In this document: positions 49,807-58,292 of the stretch, one piece after another
Position numbering within the stretch: position 1 is the stretch's first letter
How the letters are laid out: the number at the start of each line of letters is the position of its first letter
Assembly: GCA_017396225.1 (NCBI GenBank)
Contig: JAFQMP010000063.1
Location: 1-59,688, forward strand
From: Clostridia bacterium
GTDB taxonomy: Bacteria; Bacillota; Clostridia; Oscillospirales; CAG-272
Direction: 5' to 3'
Length of the DNA: 59,688 nt
The notes under the pieces: generated by a model
What the model saw: the letters and a program-made list of their open reading frames with translations, nothing else
Databases searched by the model: none
Told to the model about the DNA's origin: nothing
Program-made: the position numbers and the translations under genes

Positions 49807-52773
49807 ATGAAATACACCAATCCATTGGCTCTTGGCATTGACATCGGCTCCACCACCGCGAAGGTGGTGCTGGCCGATGGCGAGCATATTCTTTACGAAT
49901 GCTACGAGCGTCACTTGTCCCAGGTACGCGCCAAGACACTTGAAATTCTTTCCCGCCTTAAGGACCTCATCGGTGAAAACACTGTCAGGGTAGCGGTCGC
50001 AGGCTCGGCAGGGCTTGGCCTTGCCGATGCCGCAGGTCTACCCTTTGTACAGGAGGTCTTTGCCACAGGTGAAACCGTACGCCATAAGGAGCCCGACACC
50101 AATGTCGTGGTAGAGCTCGGTGGCGAGGACGCCAAGGTCATCTTCTTTGACGGCGGCACCGATGAGCGCATGAACGGCACCTGTGCCGGCGGCACAGGCG
50201 CCTTCATCGACCAGATGGCAACGCTGCTTGATGTCACGGTAGAGGAGCTTGATGCGCTCTCACTGCAAGCTACCCGCATTTATCCCATTGCATCGCGCTG
50301 CGGCGTGTTTGCCAAAACGGATATTCAACCCCTTTTGAATCAAGGTGCTGCCAAGGCGGATATTGCCGCCAGCATCTTCCGCGCCGTGGTAAACCAGACC
50401 ATTGCAGGACTGGCACAGGGGCGCCGCATCACAGGCAAGGTCATGTTCCTCGGCGGACCGCTCTCCTTCAACGAAGGCTTACGCCGCCAGTTTGTGCACG
50501 TCCTGAAGCTCTCCCCCGAAAATGCTGTTTTCCCCGATTACGGACGCATTTCCGTTGCGCTGGGCGCCGCCTTCTACGCAAGCGGCTTGCAGGAAACCTT
50601 TACCTATAACGAGCTTGTTTCACGTGTTGAAAAGGCAACGACCGCAAAAAAGGAGCGCAAATCGCTCAAGCCGCTTTTTGAAAGCAAGAGGGACTACGCC
50701 GCCTTTCGCGCACGCCACGCCGCCGCATCGGTGGAATATACCGACCCTGCAGCCTATCGCGGCAACGCCTATCTCGGTATTGACTGCGGCTCCACCACCA
50801 CCAAGCTGGTGCTGATGGCAGAAGACCACAAGCTGCTTTATACATACTACAATTCAAATAAGGGCAACCCCGTTGGCATTGTCAGGGAGCAGCTTGAGGA
50901 AATTTACCGCATCTGCGGCAACCGTATTATCATCAAATCCTCCGCTGTGACAGGCTACGGTGAGGAATTAATCCGCCACGCCTTCCACCTCGACCACGGT
51001 CTGGTTGAGACGATGGCGCACTTTACCGCCGCCCGCTATTTTGACCCGCAGGTCGATTTCATTCTCGACATCGGCGGTCAGGATATCAAATGCTTCAAAA
51101 TCCGCGGGGGCGCCATTGACAGCATTATGCTCAATGAGGCCTGCTCCTCGGGCTGCGGCTCCTTTATTGAAACCTTTGCCAAATCCCTTGGCTATGAAAC
51201 CGAAGAATTTGCCGCCGTGGGTCTGTTTGCAAAGGCCCCCGTCGACCTCGGCTCGCGCTGCACGGTCTTTATGAATTCCTCGGTCAAGCAGGCACAAAAG
51301 GACGGCGCAACCGTCGGCGATATTTCGGCAGGCCTTTCCATGTCTGTCGTCAAAAACGCAATTTACAAGGTCATTCGTGCCGCCAACAAGGACGAGCTGG
51401 GCGCACATATCGTGGTACAGGGCGGCACCTTCCTAAACGATGCTGTGCTGCGCAGCTTTGAGCGTGAAATCGGTCACGATGTCATTCGCCCCACCATCGC
51501 AGGTCTGATGGGTGCCTGGGGCGCGGCACTGCACGCGATGTCTGCCTGCAAAGCACCCTCCACCCTGCTTTCCCGCGAGGCGCTCCGCCGCTTCACGCAC
51601 GTTTCCAAGGCAGCCGTTTGCCGTGGCTGCGGCAACAATTGCAATATCACCGTAAACACGTTTGAGGGCGGCGAAAAATTTATTTCGGGCAACAAATGTG
51701 AGCGCGGTGCAGGCAAGCGCGCCGCAACCAATCCGCTGCCCAATCTCCACGCATTTAAGCGCGATGCGCTGGCATCGCTCACCCCCCTCCGCGGCAGACG
51801 TGACTTTACCGTGGGATTGCCCCTGGCGCTCGGCATGTATGAGCTTGCCCCCTTCTGGTATACGCTCTTCTCCTCGCTCGGTCTGGGTGTGCGCACCTCA
51901 GGCTTTTCAACCCGCAAAATCTACGCCAAGGGACAGTACAGTATCCCCTCGGATACGGCCTGCTACCCTGCCAAGATTATGCACGGTCATATCGAGGAGC
52001 TGCTCGAACAGGGCGTTGACGCCATTTTCTACCCCGCTATGACACGCAATATTGACGAGGGCGTGTCGGATAACCACTACAACTGCCCTGTCGTTGCCTA
52101 TTATTCCGAGCTGCTTTCCCACAATATGGATAGCCTTGCAAGCGTCCGCTTCCTCTATCCCTATCTGAACATCAACAACCGCGGGCGCCTTGCCGCCGAG
52201 CTGCTGACCTTCCTGAATGCCGAAATCGGCGGCTTCACCGCGCACGAGGTGCGCGCTGCCGTCCGTGCAGCTGCACGTGCGCAGACCTCCTATATGGCGA
52301 GCGTGCGACACGAGGGTGAGCGCGCCGTAGCACGCGCCAAGCGCGAAGGACTGCGCTTACTGGTGCTCTGCGGCAGGCCCTACCACATTGACCCCGAAAT
52401 CGGTCACAGCATTGACCGCCTGGCAACCAGCCTCGGCTTTGTGGTCGTCAGTGAGGATTCGGTGGCGCATCTGGCATCGTCGCCTGTCCGCCCCGACGTT
52501 CTCAACCAATGGACCTATCACGCAAGGCTCTACAATGCCGCCCGCTTTGTCACGGAAACGAAGGGGGCGGAGCTGGTGCAGCTGGTATCCTTTGGCTGCG
52601 GCATTGACGCCATTACCACCGACGAGGTGCGCGAGATTCTTGCCGACGGCGGCAAGCTGTATACGCAAATCAAAATTGATGAAATCACCAACTTAGGTGC
52701 TGTCACCATCAGACTGCGCAGCCTACTCGGTGCGCTTGAGCAGCAGGAAACGGAGGGCAAGCATGGCAACTAA
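49807..52773 (+). CDS. tandem BcrAD/BadFG (HgdC-type) activase ATPase fused to a 2-hydroxyacyl-CoA-dehydratase-like domain
   Basis: Two ASKHA activase repeats (LGIDIGSTTAKVVL...; LGIDCGSTTTKLVL...), each with cluster cysteines (GTCAGGTGAF / SRCGVF; ACSSGCGSF / SRCTVF), a CRGCGNNC...C module, then DTACYPAK dehydratase-like region. Confidence 0.8.
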   Translation: MKYTNPLALGIDIGSTTAKVVLADGEHILYECYERHLSQVRAKTLEILSRLKDLIGENTVRVAVAGSAGLGLADAAGLPFVQEVFATGETVRHKEPDTNVVVELGGEDAKVIFFDGGTDERMNGTCAGGTGAFIDQMATLLDVTVEELDALSLQATRIYPIASRCGVFAKTDIQPLLNQGAAKADIAASIFRAVVNQTIAGLAQGRRITGKVMFLGGPLSFNEGLRRQFVHVLKLSPENAVFPDYGRISVALGAAFYASGLQETFTYNELVSRVEKATTAKKERKSLKPLFESKRDYAAFRARHAAASVEYTDPAAYRGNAYLGIDCGSTTTKLVLMAEDHKLLYTYYNSNKGNPVGIVREQLEEIYRICGNRIIIKSSAVTGYGEELIRHAFHLDHGLVETMAHFTAARYFDPQVDFILDIGGQDIKCFKIRGGAIDSIMLNEACSSGCGSFIETFAKSLGYETEEFAAVGLFAKAPVDLGSRCTVFMNSSVKQAQKDGATVGDISAGLSMSVVKNAIYKVIRAANKDELGAHIVVQGGTFLNDAVLRSFEREIGHDVIRPTIAGLMGAWGAALHAMSACKAPSTLLSREALRRFTHVSKAAVCRGCGNNCNITVNTFEGGEKFISGNKCERGAGKRAATNPLPNLHAFKRDALASLTPLRGRRDFTVGLPLALGMYELAPFWYTLFSSLGLGVRTSGFSTRKIYAKGQYSIPSDTACYPAKIMHGHIEELLEQGVDAIFYPAMTRNIDEGVSDNHYNCPVVAYYSELLSHNMDSLASVRFLYPYLNINNRGRLAAELLTFLNAEIGGFTAHEVRAAVRAAARAQTSYMASVRHEGERAVARAKREGLRLLVLCGRPYHIDPEIGHSIDRLATSLGFVVVSEDSVAHLASSPVRPDVLNQWTYHARLYNAARFVTETKGAELVQLVSFGCGIDAITTDEVREILADGGKLYTQIKIDEITNLGAVTIRLRSLLGALEQQETEGKHGN

Positions 52774-54061
52774 ACGCGTTCTCTTTACCAAGGAGATGAA
52801 AAAAACGCACACCATTCTCCTGCCCAATATGCTTCCGATGCATTTCAAAATCATGCAGGAGGTTTTCAGACACTACGGCTACCGTACCGAGCTGCTTGAA
52901 AACGACGGCCCTGCTGTGATTGAGTGCGGTCTGAAATACACCCACAACGATACCTGCTACCCCGCGCTCCTTGTCATCGGTCAGTTTATCGACGCTCTGC
53001 AAAGCGGCAAATACGACGTAGACCGTGTGGCAGTGCTGATGACGCAGACAGGTGGCGGCTGCCGCGCCTCCAATTACATCTCGCTCATTCGCAAGGCACT
53101 TGTCAAGGCTGGCTTCCCACAGGTTCCCGTCATCTCCCTGAACGTAGCAGGTCTGGAAAAAAATCCCGGCTTTAAGCTCTCTCTGGGGCTCGGCAAACGC
53201 GTGCTCCTGGGCGTTTATTACGGCGACCTATTGATGAGTCTTGTCAATCAGTGCCGTCCCTACGAGGCCCTCCTCGGCTCCACGCTGGCATTGGCCGACA
53301 AATGGGTGGCACGCCTCACAGCGGAAATGAAATCCCGCAAGCACGCCAACTACAAAACAGCACGGCGCAATTACATAAATATATTGAAGGATTTTGAACT
53401 GAACCTCCCGCGCACCGCAGAAAAAAAGGTGCGCGTCGGCATCGTCGGCGAGATTTTTGTCAAGTTCTCTCCGCTCGGCAACAACCATCTTGAGGATTTT
53501 CTCGTGAAGGAAGGCGCCGAAACCGTTATGGCAGGACTGCTCGATTTCCTGATGTATACCGTCAACACCGCCGTAGTGGACCGTCGCCTTTATGGTATGA
53601 AGCGCACCCGCGCCGCCATTATGCGTCTGGCATACAAGTTCCTGCACAAAAAACAGCTTGACTTTATCAAGATGTACAAGGAAAACAGCAGCTTCGCACC
53701 CCCCACAGACTTTGAAAAAACCAGAAACGCCATCAAGGGCTATATCAGCGAGGGCGTGCAAATGGGCGAGGGCTGGCTTCTCACCGCCGAGATGCTGGAG
53801 CTGATTGAAAGCGGTGCCCGCAATGTTGTTTGCGCGCAGCCCTTCGGTTGCCTGCCCAACCACATTGTCGGTAAGGGTATGATGAAGATTATCCGCGAGC
53901 ACCACCCGGGTGTCAACCTTGTATCCATTGACTATGATGCAGGTGCCTCCCCTATCAATCAGGAAAACCGCCTGAAGCTGATGCTGGCAAACGCAAACCG
54001 TGAGCTGCGTGAGCAGCTTGCAGCCGAGGAGTCCACAGCGGATACCACACCCATTACTTAA
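52763..54061 (+). CDS. 2-hydroxyacyl-CoA dehydratase / double-cubane-cluster-protein-like subunit
   Basis: About 432 aa; NDTCYPAL, QTGGGCRASNY and CAQPFGCLPNH cysteine blocks; ATG 52763 overlaps the end of the activase gene by 11 nt. Confidence 0.7.
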   Translation: MATKRVLFTKEMKKTHTILLPNMLPMHFKIMQEVFRHYGYRTELLENDGPAVIECGLKYTHNDTCYPALLVIGQFIDALQSGKYDVDRVAVLMTQTGGGCRASNYISLIRKALVKAGFPQVPVISLNVAGLEKNPGFKLSLGLGKRVLLGVYYGDLLMSLVNQCRPYEALLGSTLALADKWVARLTAEMKSRKHANYKTARRNYINILKDFELNLPRTAEKKVRVGIVGEIFVKFSPLGNNHLEDFLVKEGAETVMAGLLDFLMYTVNTAVVDRRLYGMKRTRAAIMRLAYKFLHKKQLDFIKMYKENSSFAPPTDFEKTRNAIKGYISEGVQMGEGWLLTAEMLELIESGARNVVCAQPFGCLPNHIVGKGMMKIIREHHPGVNLVSIDYDAGASPINQENRLKLMLANANRELREQLAAEESTADTTPIT

Positions 54062-54066
54062 AGATG

Positions 54067-54109
54067 ACGCCCCCACAGGGCTTTTCTGTGGGGGCGTTTT
54101 TCCTTTTTT
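54067..54109 (+). terminator. rho-independent terminator after the dehydratase-like gene
   Basis: 12-bp stem ACGCCCCCACAG / CTGTGGGGGCGT followed by a T-rich run. Confidence 0.8.
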
Positions 54110-54143
54110 CTGCATAGTATGCTATGGAAAGGGGTGATTTTCC

Positions 54144-54365
54144 ATGCAATTTGACCGCAAGGCGCTGAATCGCCTGCTCTTATTAAATGATCGCCAGCTT
54201 GAAATCGTCATACGCAAGCTTGCCACCGACTACGGGCTTGACCTCTCGGCGCTGCATATTACCACCGATAATATGCGCAATCTGCGCGAAACACTGCGCA
54301 ACGCCACCGATGAGGAGCTTAAAAGCCTTGGTGACCAGCTCCGCCGCGGAGGTGGTACACCGTGA
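54144..54365 (+). CDS. hypothetical small helical protein (73 aa)
   Basis: ORF with host-like codon usage; its stop overlaps the GTG start of the next ORF (GTGA). Confidence 0.6.
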   Translation: MQFDRKALNRLLLLNDRQLEIVIRKLATDYGLDLSALHITTDNMRNLRETLRNATDEELKSLGDQLRRGGGTP

Positions 54366-54652
54366 GTGAGGAAACGCGCGACCTCCCAATTGATGGGCTG
54401 CCCGAGGAGGAATTTGCAGGACTCTTGGAGGGCATTGGCAAAATAGCGCCGCTGCTTGGCAAGCTGACAGGCACCGGGGCACTCTCCCCTGCCGCCCGCG
54501 GGCGGGAGGGCGTATTGCTCGCGCTCAAGCCCTATCTTTCTCCCACGCGCTGTGAGGCTGTCGATTATCTCGTACGAATGGCACGCATCAGCGATGCGCT
54601 GCGTACACTGGGCGAAGGCAGCCATGAGGCCACGCCCGAAAGGAGGGTTTGA
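54362..54652 (+). CDS. hypothetical small protein (96 aa)
   Basis: GTG start with GGAGGTG RBS inside the preceding ORF; its stop overlaps the next ATG (TGATG). Confidence 0.6.
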   Translation: MSEETRDLPIDGLPEEEFAGLLEGIGKIAPLLGKLTGTGALSPAARGREGVLLALKPYLSPTRCEAVDYLVRMARISDALRTLGEGSHEATPERRV

Positions 54653-55026
54653 TGTACATTCAGGAAGACCGCAGCGGCTTGCCCTTTACCGTGCCGAGAG
54701 GATACAGCGGCAGCGCCTTTGCAGAGGCAGTCAGAGAGACCGCCTCGCCCACGACCGAAGAAGCGCCCGAGCCGCAAGCCGAAGCAACACCGACCACCCC
54801 CACCCCACAAGAAGACAGCACACCGACCGCAGAGCCCATCAAGGATACCCCCGTCGGTCTGTTTGGAAAATTCCCCTTTTTATCCTCGCTACTCCCCCCA
54901 CCCCGCAAAAAAGGCGAAAACGGCCTCCCCGAATGGGCACTGCTCGCAATCATATTTTTTCTGTTAAACGACAGCCGCGAGGGGGATTTACTGCCAATCC
55001 TTTTGCTGCTTTTGCTCTGGGATTAA
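54652..55026 (+). CDS. hypothetical protein with Pro/Thr/Glu-rich linker and hydrophobic C-terminus (124 aa)
   Basis: ATG 54652 with AGGAGG 5 nt upstream; C-terminal EWALLAIIFFLL...DLLPILLLLLLWD; followed by a terminator. Confidence 0.6.
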   Translation: MYIQEDRSGLPFTVPRGYSGSAFAEAVRETASPTTEEAPEPQAEATPTTPTPQEDSTPTAEPIKDTPVGLFGKFPFLSSLLPPPRKKGENGLPEWALLAIIFFLLNDSREGDLLPILLLLLLWD

Positions 55027-55060
55027 AAAAAACGCTCTCCCGTAGGAGAGCGTTTTTTTA
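55027..55060. terminator. bidirectional terminator
   Basis: AAAAAAA-ACGCTCTCC-CGTA-GGAGAGCGT-TTTTTT between convergent genes. Confidence 0.8.
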
Positions 55061-55065
55061 TTACA

Positions 55066-55974
55066 TTATTTCTTGTAAAGAGGCTCGGTGTAAACGCCTG
55101 CAGCGTGCAGCGCCTTGAAGCTCTCGATAACAGCGTACTTATCCTCCTGGTAGGTAACACCAAACCAACGGTCATTGGTGGTCAGCACAGAAACGGTAGC
55201 CGTACCCTTCTGAATCATGCCGTCAATCACCTTGGGGAGCAGATACTCTGCCTTGATGTCCTCAGGCTTCAGGGCGGACAGGAACTCAACGAAGCCCTGC
55301 TCAAGCTCCTCAAAGAAATCGGGGGTAAGTGCCCACATATTCATCGAAACAATCGACTTGGGGTCGATAGGCGTCTTCTTGCCGTCCTCCTCGATGGCAG
55401 CGCCCTCGCCGTCATGAACCAGACCGCCGGTCTCCACAACACTCTTAAGGAAGCCGTCCTCAACGTGGCAAACACCGCGGGTAACGCCGCCGTTTTCACT
55501 GAGGGTGTTCTTCAGAATAAAGCCGGGCATACAGAACTTATTGCCTGCCTCTGCGTTCTTCACGAGGAAGTCGTGTGCAAGGCGGAAGCCCTCCTTGCCG
55601 TAGTAGTCATCGGCATTGATGACAAGGAAGGGCTCATTGACGATGCCCTTACAAGCAAGCACTGCCTGACCGGTGCCCCAGGGCTTTTTGCGGTCAGCGG
55701 GGCAGGTAAAGCCTGCGGGAAGGTTATCCTTCTCCTGGAAGGCATAGGCAACAGGACAAACCTTCTCAATACGGTTGCCGATAATCTCGCGGAAATCCTC
55801 TTCAAGGTCCTTGCGAATGATAAAGACAACGCGGTCAAAGCCTGCCTCAAGCGCATCATGAATCGAGTAATCCATGATAATCTCGCCGCCGGGACCTACG
55901 GGCTCAAGCTGCTTGATGCCCTTGCCAAAGCGGGAGCCAATGCCCGCAGCCATAATAACAAGACTGGTTTTCAT
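55066..55974 (-). CDS. sugar-phosphate nucleotidyltransferase family protein
   Basis: 302 aa; N-terminal VIMAAGIGSRFG...KQL nucleotide-binding loop of GT-A NTP-transferases; sugar specificity not determinable. Confidence 0.75.
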   Translation of the reverse strand: MKTSLVIMAAGIGSRFGKGIKQLEPVGPGGEIIMDYSIHDALEAGFDRVVFIIRKDLEEDFREIIGNRIEKVCPVAYAFQEKDNLPAGFTCPADRKKPWGTGQAVLACKGIVNEPFLVINADDYYGKEGFRLAHDFLVKNAEAGNKFCMPGFILKNTLSENGGVTRGVCHVEDGFLKSVVETGGLVHDGEGAAIEEDGKKTPIDPKSIVSMNMWALTPDFFEELEQGFVEFLSALKPEDIKAEYLLPKVIDGMIQKGTATVSVLTTNDRWFGVTYQEDKYAVIESFKALHAAGVYTEPLYKK

Positions 55975-56034
55975 GTGTGTTCTCCTTTCGGGGAAATCCC
56001 CCTCATAAAATTATTTTTTATTATATTTGTGAGA

Positions 56035-57345
56035 TTATACAGGCTGATGCTTGCTCCGCGGCGGGTGATTCACCACAAGACCGCAGACAGCACATTCAGC
56101 CTCACCAAGGGCAGCGCGCACCGCGCGCAGCTCTCTTGCACCCGCACGGTGCGGTGCAGCAACCAACAGCGTGGTATCAAACGCCCTTGCGGCAAGCAAG
56201 CCGTCAGGTGCCGTGCGATATGCGGGAAAATCTGCAATAATGTAGTCATATTTCGGCGCAAGCGCCGCAAGCAATTCCTCCATTTTCGCCGTGAGTGATG
56301 CCTCGGCAGGGGAAATCGGCAGCACACCGGCAGGCAGCACGTCAAAGGCATAGCGGTCACAGCGGTGAATCAGGGCGCTTGCCTTCCTCTCCCGTCCGCC
56401 AAGAAACTCGGCCAGACCCGGCTCAGCATCACGCAAGGGGAAATATTTTTTGTCGCCATTCCGAAGGTCGGCATCAAGGAAGAGCACCGAGGCTCCCGTT
56501 GCCTGTAGGGACACGGCAAGACCAAGTGCCACAAAGCTGGCCCCCTCCGCAGGGAGTGCCGTCAACAAAGCAACCGAAAGAGCCTGTCCCGCCTTACCGC
56601 GGGGCAGACGCTCCCGCAACGCGAAAAATGCCTCTCCCGCATCAGCGGGCGGTAAAACGTGGGGTATGGTTGCAAGGAGTGCATCTTCGGGTAGCACGCG
56701 CACGATTTCATCACCGTCTGCCAAACGGTTGCGGAACAAAAAGCAAAGTAAAAACCATAAATAAGCCAACAGAAAGCCACCGACCGCGCAGATACCCGCG
56801 AGAAGAAAGGGGCTCATAGAGGCACGCGTCGCAGCAGTTGATGTATGCAGTGAAGTCACGCACATACGCGACACAGATACAGCGGGCCAGAAGCTTTCCT
56901 GCAAGAAGCCGGGCAGCTCGACAGCCAGCGCCTTGGCGGCAGCCACGGCAACAGCGCCCTCTCTGTGCGTCAGAAGAACCGTAAAGGTCACGCCATCAGT
57001 CTTTGTCGAAAGCATTGCGCGCAGCTCCTCACGCGTGCAGACAAGCCCATGGTTTGCAATCATGCGGTCTAAGAGCGCATCTGCTGCGGGAACCGTATCG
57101 GCATACTGCTTGGCAAGGGTTTGCAGCACGGCGAGCTGCGAGGAGGTCAGGCCGTAGGCGTTCAGATACTCCTCAGATTGCATGCTCCGCACCTGAAAGC
57201 TTGCCTCTGCCTGATACCGGGTTGGGACAAGCACGCGGACAAGAAATCCGACGGTTCCGCAAAGGAGCAAAGCCAGCAAGAGTGGCAACAGCCGCTTTTT
57301 GAAAATTGCGGCAAGGTCACCGAGTGTCAGATGGTCGATTTTCAA
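56035..57345 (-). CDS. Wzz-like chain-length-determinant domain fused to a BY-kinase/ParA-like domain with degenerate Walker A
   Basis: Two TM helices flank a periplasmic-type domain; the C-terminal domain keeps VLFLDADLR (Walker A') and YDYIIADFP (Walker B) but has ALPAEGAS in place of the GxGKS/T P-loop; probable TTG start at 57345 with GGGAGG RBS (ORF track GTG 57420). Confidence 0.65.
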   Translation of the reverse strand: MKIDHLTLGDLAAIFKKRLLPLLLALLLCGTVGFLVRVLVPTRYQAEASFQVRSMQSEEYLNAYGLTSSQLAVLQTLAKQYADTVPAADALLDRMIANHGLVCTREELRAMLSTKTDGVTFTVLLTHREGAVAVAAAKALAVELPGFLQESFWPAVSVSRMCVTSLHTSTAATRASMSPFLLAGICAVGGFLLAYLWFLLCFLFRNRLADGDEIVRVLPEDALLATIPHVLPPADAGEAFFALRERLPRGKAGQALSVALLTALPAEGASFVALGLAVSLQATGASVLFLDADLRNGDKKYFPLRDAEPGLAEFLGGRERKASALIHRCDRYAFDVLPAGVLPISPAEASLTAKMEELLAALAPKYDYIIADFPAYRTAPDGLLAARAFDTTLLVAAPHRAGARELRAVRAALGEAECAVCGLVVNHPPRSKHQPV

Positions 57346-57408
57346 AGGCTGCCTCCCTTCCGTCGTCAAAAGCCGCAAGCACTTACGGACAATGAAAGAT
57401 ACATATAG

Positions 57409-57437
57409 ATTATAGCACACGCACGATGCAATTGCAA
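57409..57437 (-). promoter_or_regulatory. extended -10 promoter of the Wzz-like/nucleotidyltransferase pair
   Basis: Minus strand TTGCAA (57432-57437), 17-nt spacer ending in TGC, TATAAT (57409-57414). Confidence 0.55.
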
Positions 57438-57488
57438 GTATCTAACCGACAAGAATAGAAATTTATTCGCCCCTTCCGCGCAGAGCTC

Positions 57489-57517
57489 TTGCAAAAATGC
57501 ACATAATATGCTACAAT
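57489..57517 (+). promoter_or_regulatory. extended -10 promoter of the PAP2/plsY unit
   Basis: TTGCAA (57489-57494), 17-nt spacer ending in TGC, TACAAT (57512-57517). Confidence 0.5.
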
Positions 57518-57553
57518 TATTTATTAGATAACACAAAAGAAAGGATTTCACCT

Positions 57554-58270
57554 ATGGGCGCTTGGATTGACACGGCCTTCCGTGGACTTGACCTCCGCAT
57601 CTTTGAAATCATGCATCGCTGGGCGGTCGCCGCAGGCGAGAACGCGGGGGCGGAAATCACCTCATTTCTCACCCACCTGATGAACTTTATCAGCTTCTTT
57701 GCGCACGACGGACTTTGTATGTTCGCCCTCGGCGTCGTACTGATGCTCTTCCGTCGCACAAGGCGCGCAGGCGCTTGCGTATTTCTTGCCGTCTGCTGCG
57801 GCGGTCTGATTACCAATATCACGCTGAAGCCCCTGATTAGCCGCATGCGCCCCTACGCCAATATGGAGCACCTCGGTATGCAGGTTCGTGAATGGTGGAC
57901 CTATGTGGGCGAAGCGAGAAAGGCAGAAAGCATCGTAGGCTCCTTCCCCTCGGGACACACCACCTCAGCAACCGCTGCTATGGTCGGACTATTCCTGACA
58001 ACGAAGAAGAAATATACCTGGCCCGTGCTTCTTTTCCCCATCTTCATGGGCATCTCCCGCATTTACCTGATGGTGCACTACACCTCAGACGTGCTTGCAG
58101 GTCTGGTGGCAGGCACATTGGGTGCGATTGGCGCCTTCTTCCTCGTCAAGCTTTTCTGGCATCTGCTCCAAAAGCACGAGAATAAAAGGCTTTGCAAATT
58201 CATTCTTTCCTTTGACCTTATCGTATTTATCCGCCGCCTTTTCAAAAAGGACACGGCAAGCGAAACCTGA
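57554..58270 (+). CDS. PAP2-family lipid phosphatase
   Basis: Acid-phosphatase motifs KPLISRMRP, PSGHT, SRIYLMVHYTSD; multiple TM helices. Confidence 0.85.
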   Translation: MGAWIDTAFRGLDLRIFEIMHRWAVAAGENAGAEITSFLTHLMNFISFFAHDGLCMFALGVVLMLFRRTRRAGACVFLAVCCGGLITNITLKPLISRMRPYANMEHLGMQVREWWTYVGEARKAESIVGSFPSGHTTSATAAMVGLFLTTKKKYTWPVLLFPIFMGISRIYLMVHYTSDVLAGLVAGTLGAIGAFFLVKLFWHLLQKHENKRLCKFILSFDLIVFIRRLFKKDTASET

Positions 58271-58292
58271 TTTTTAACACGGAGGATTTTCT

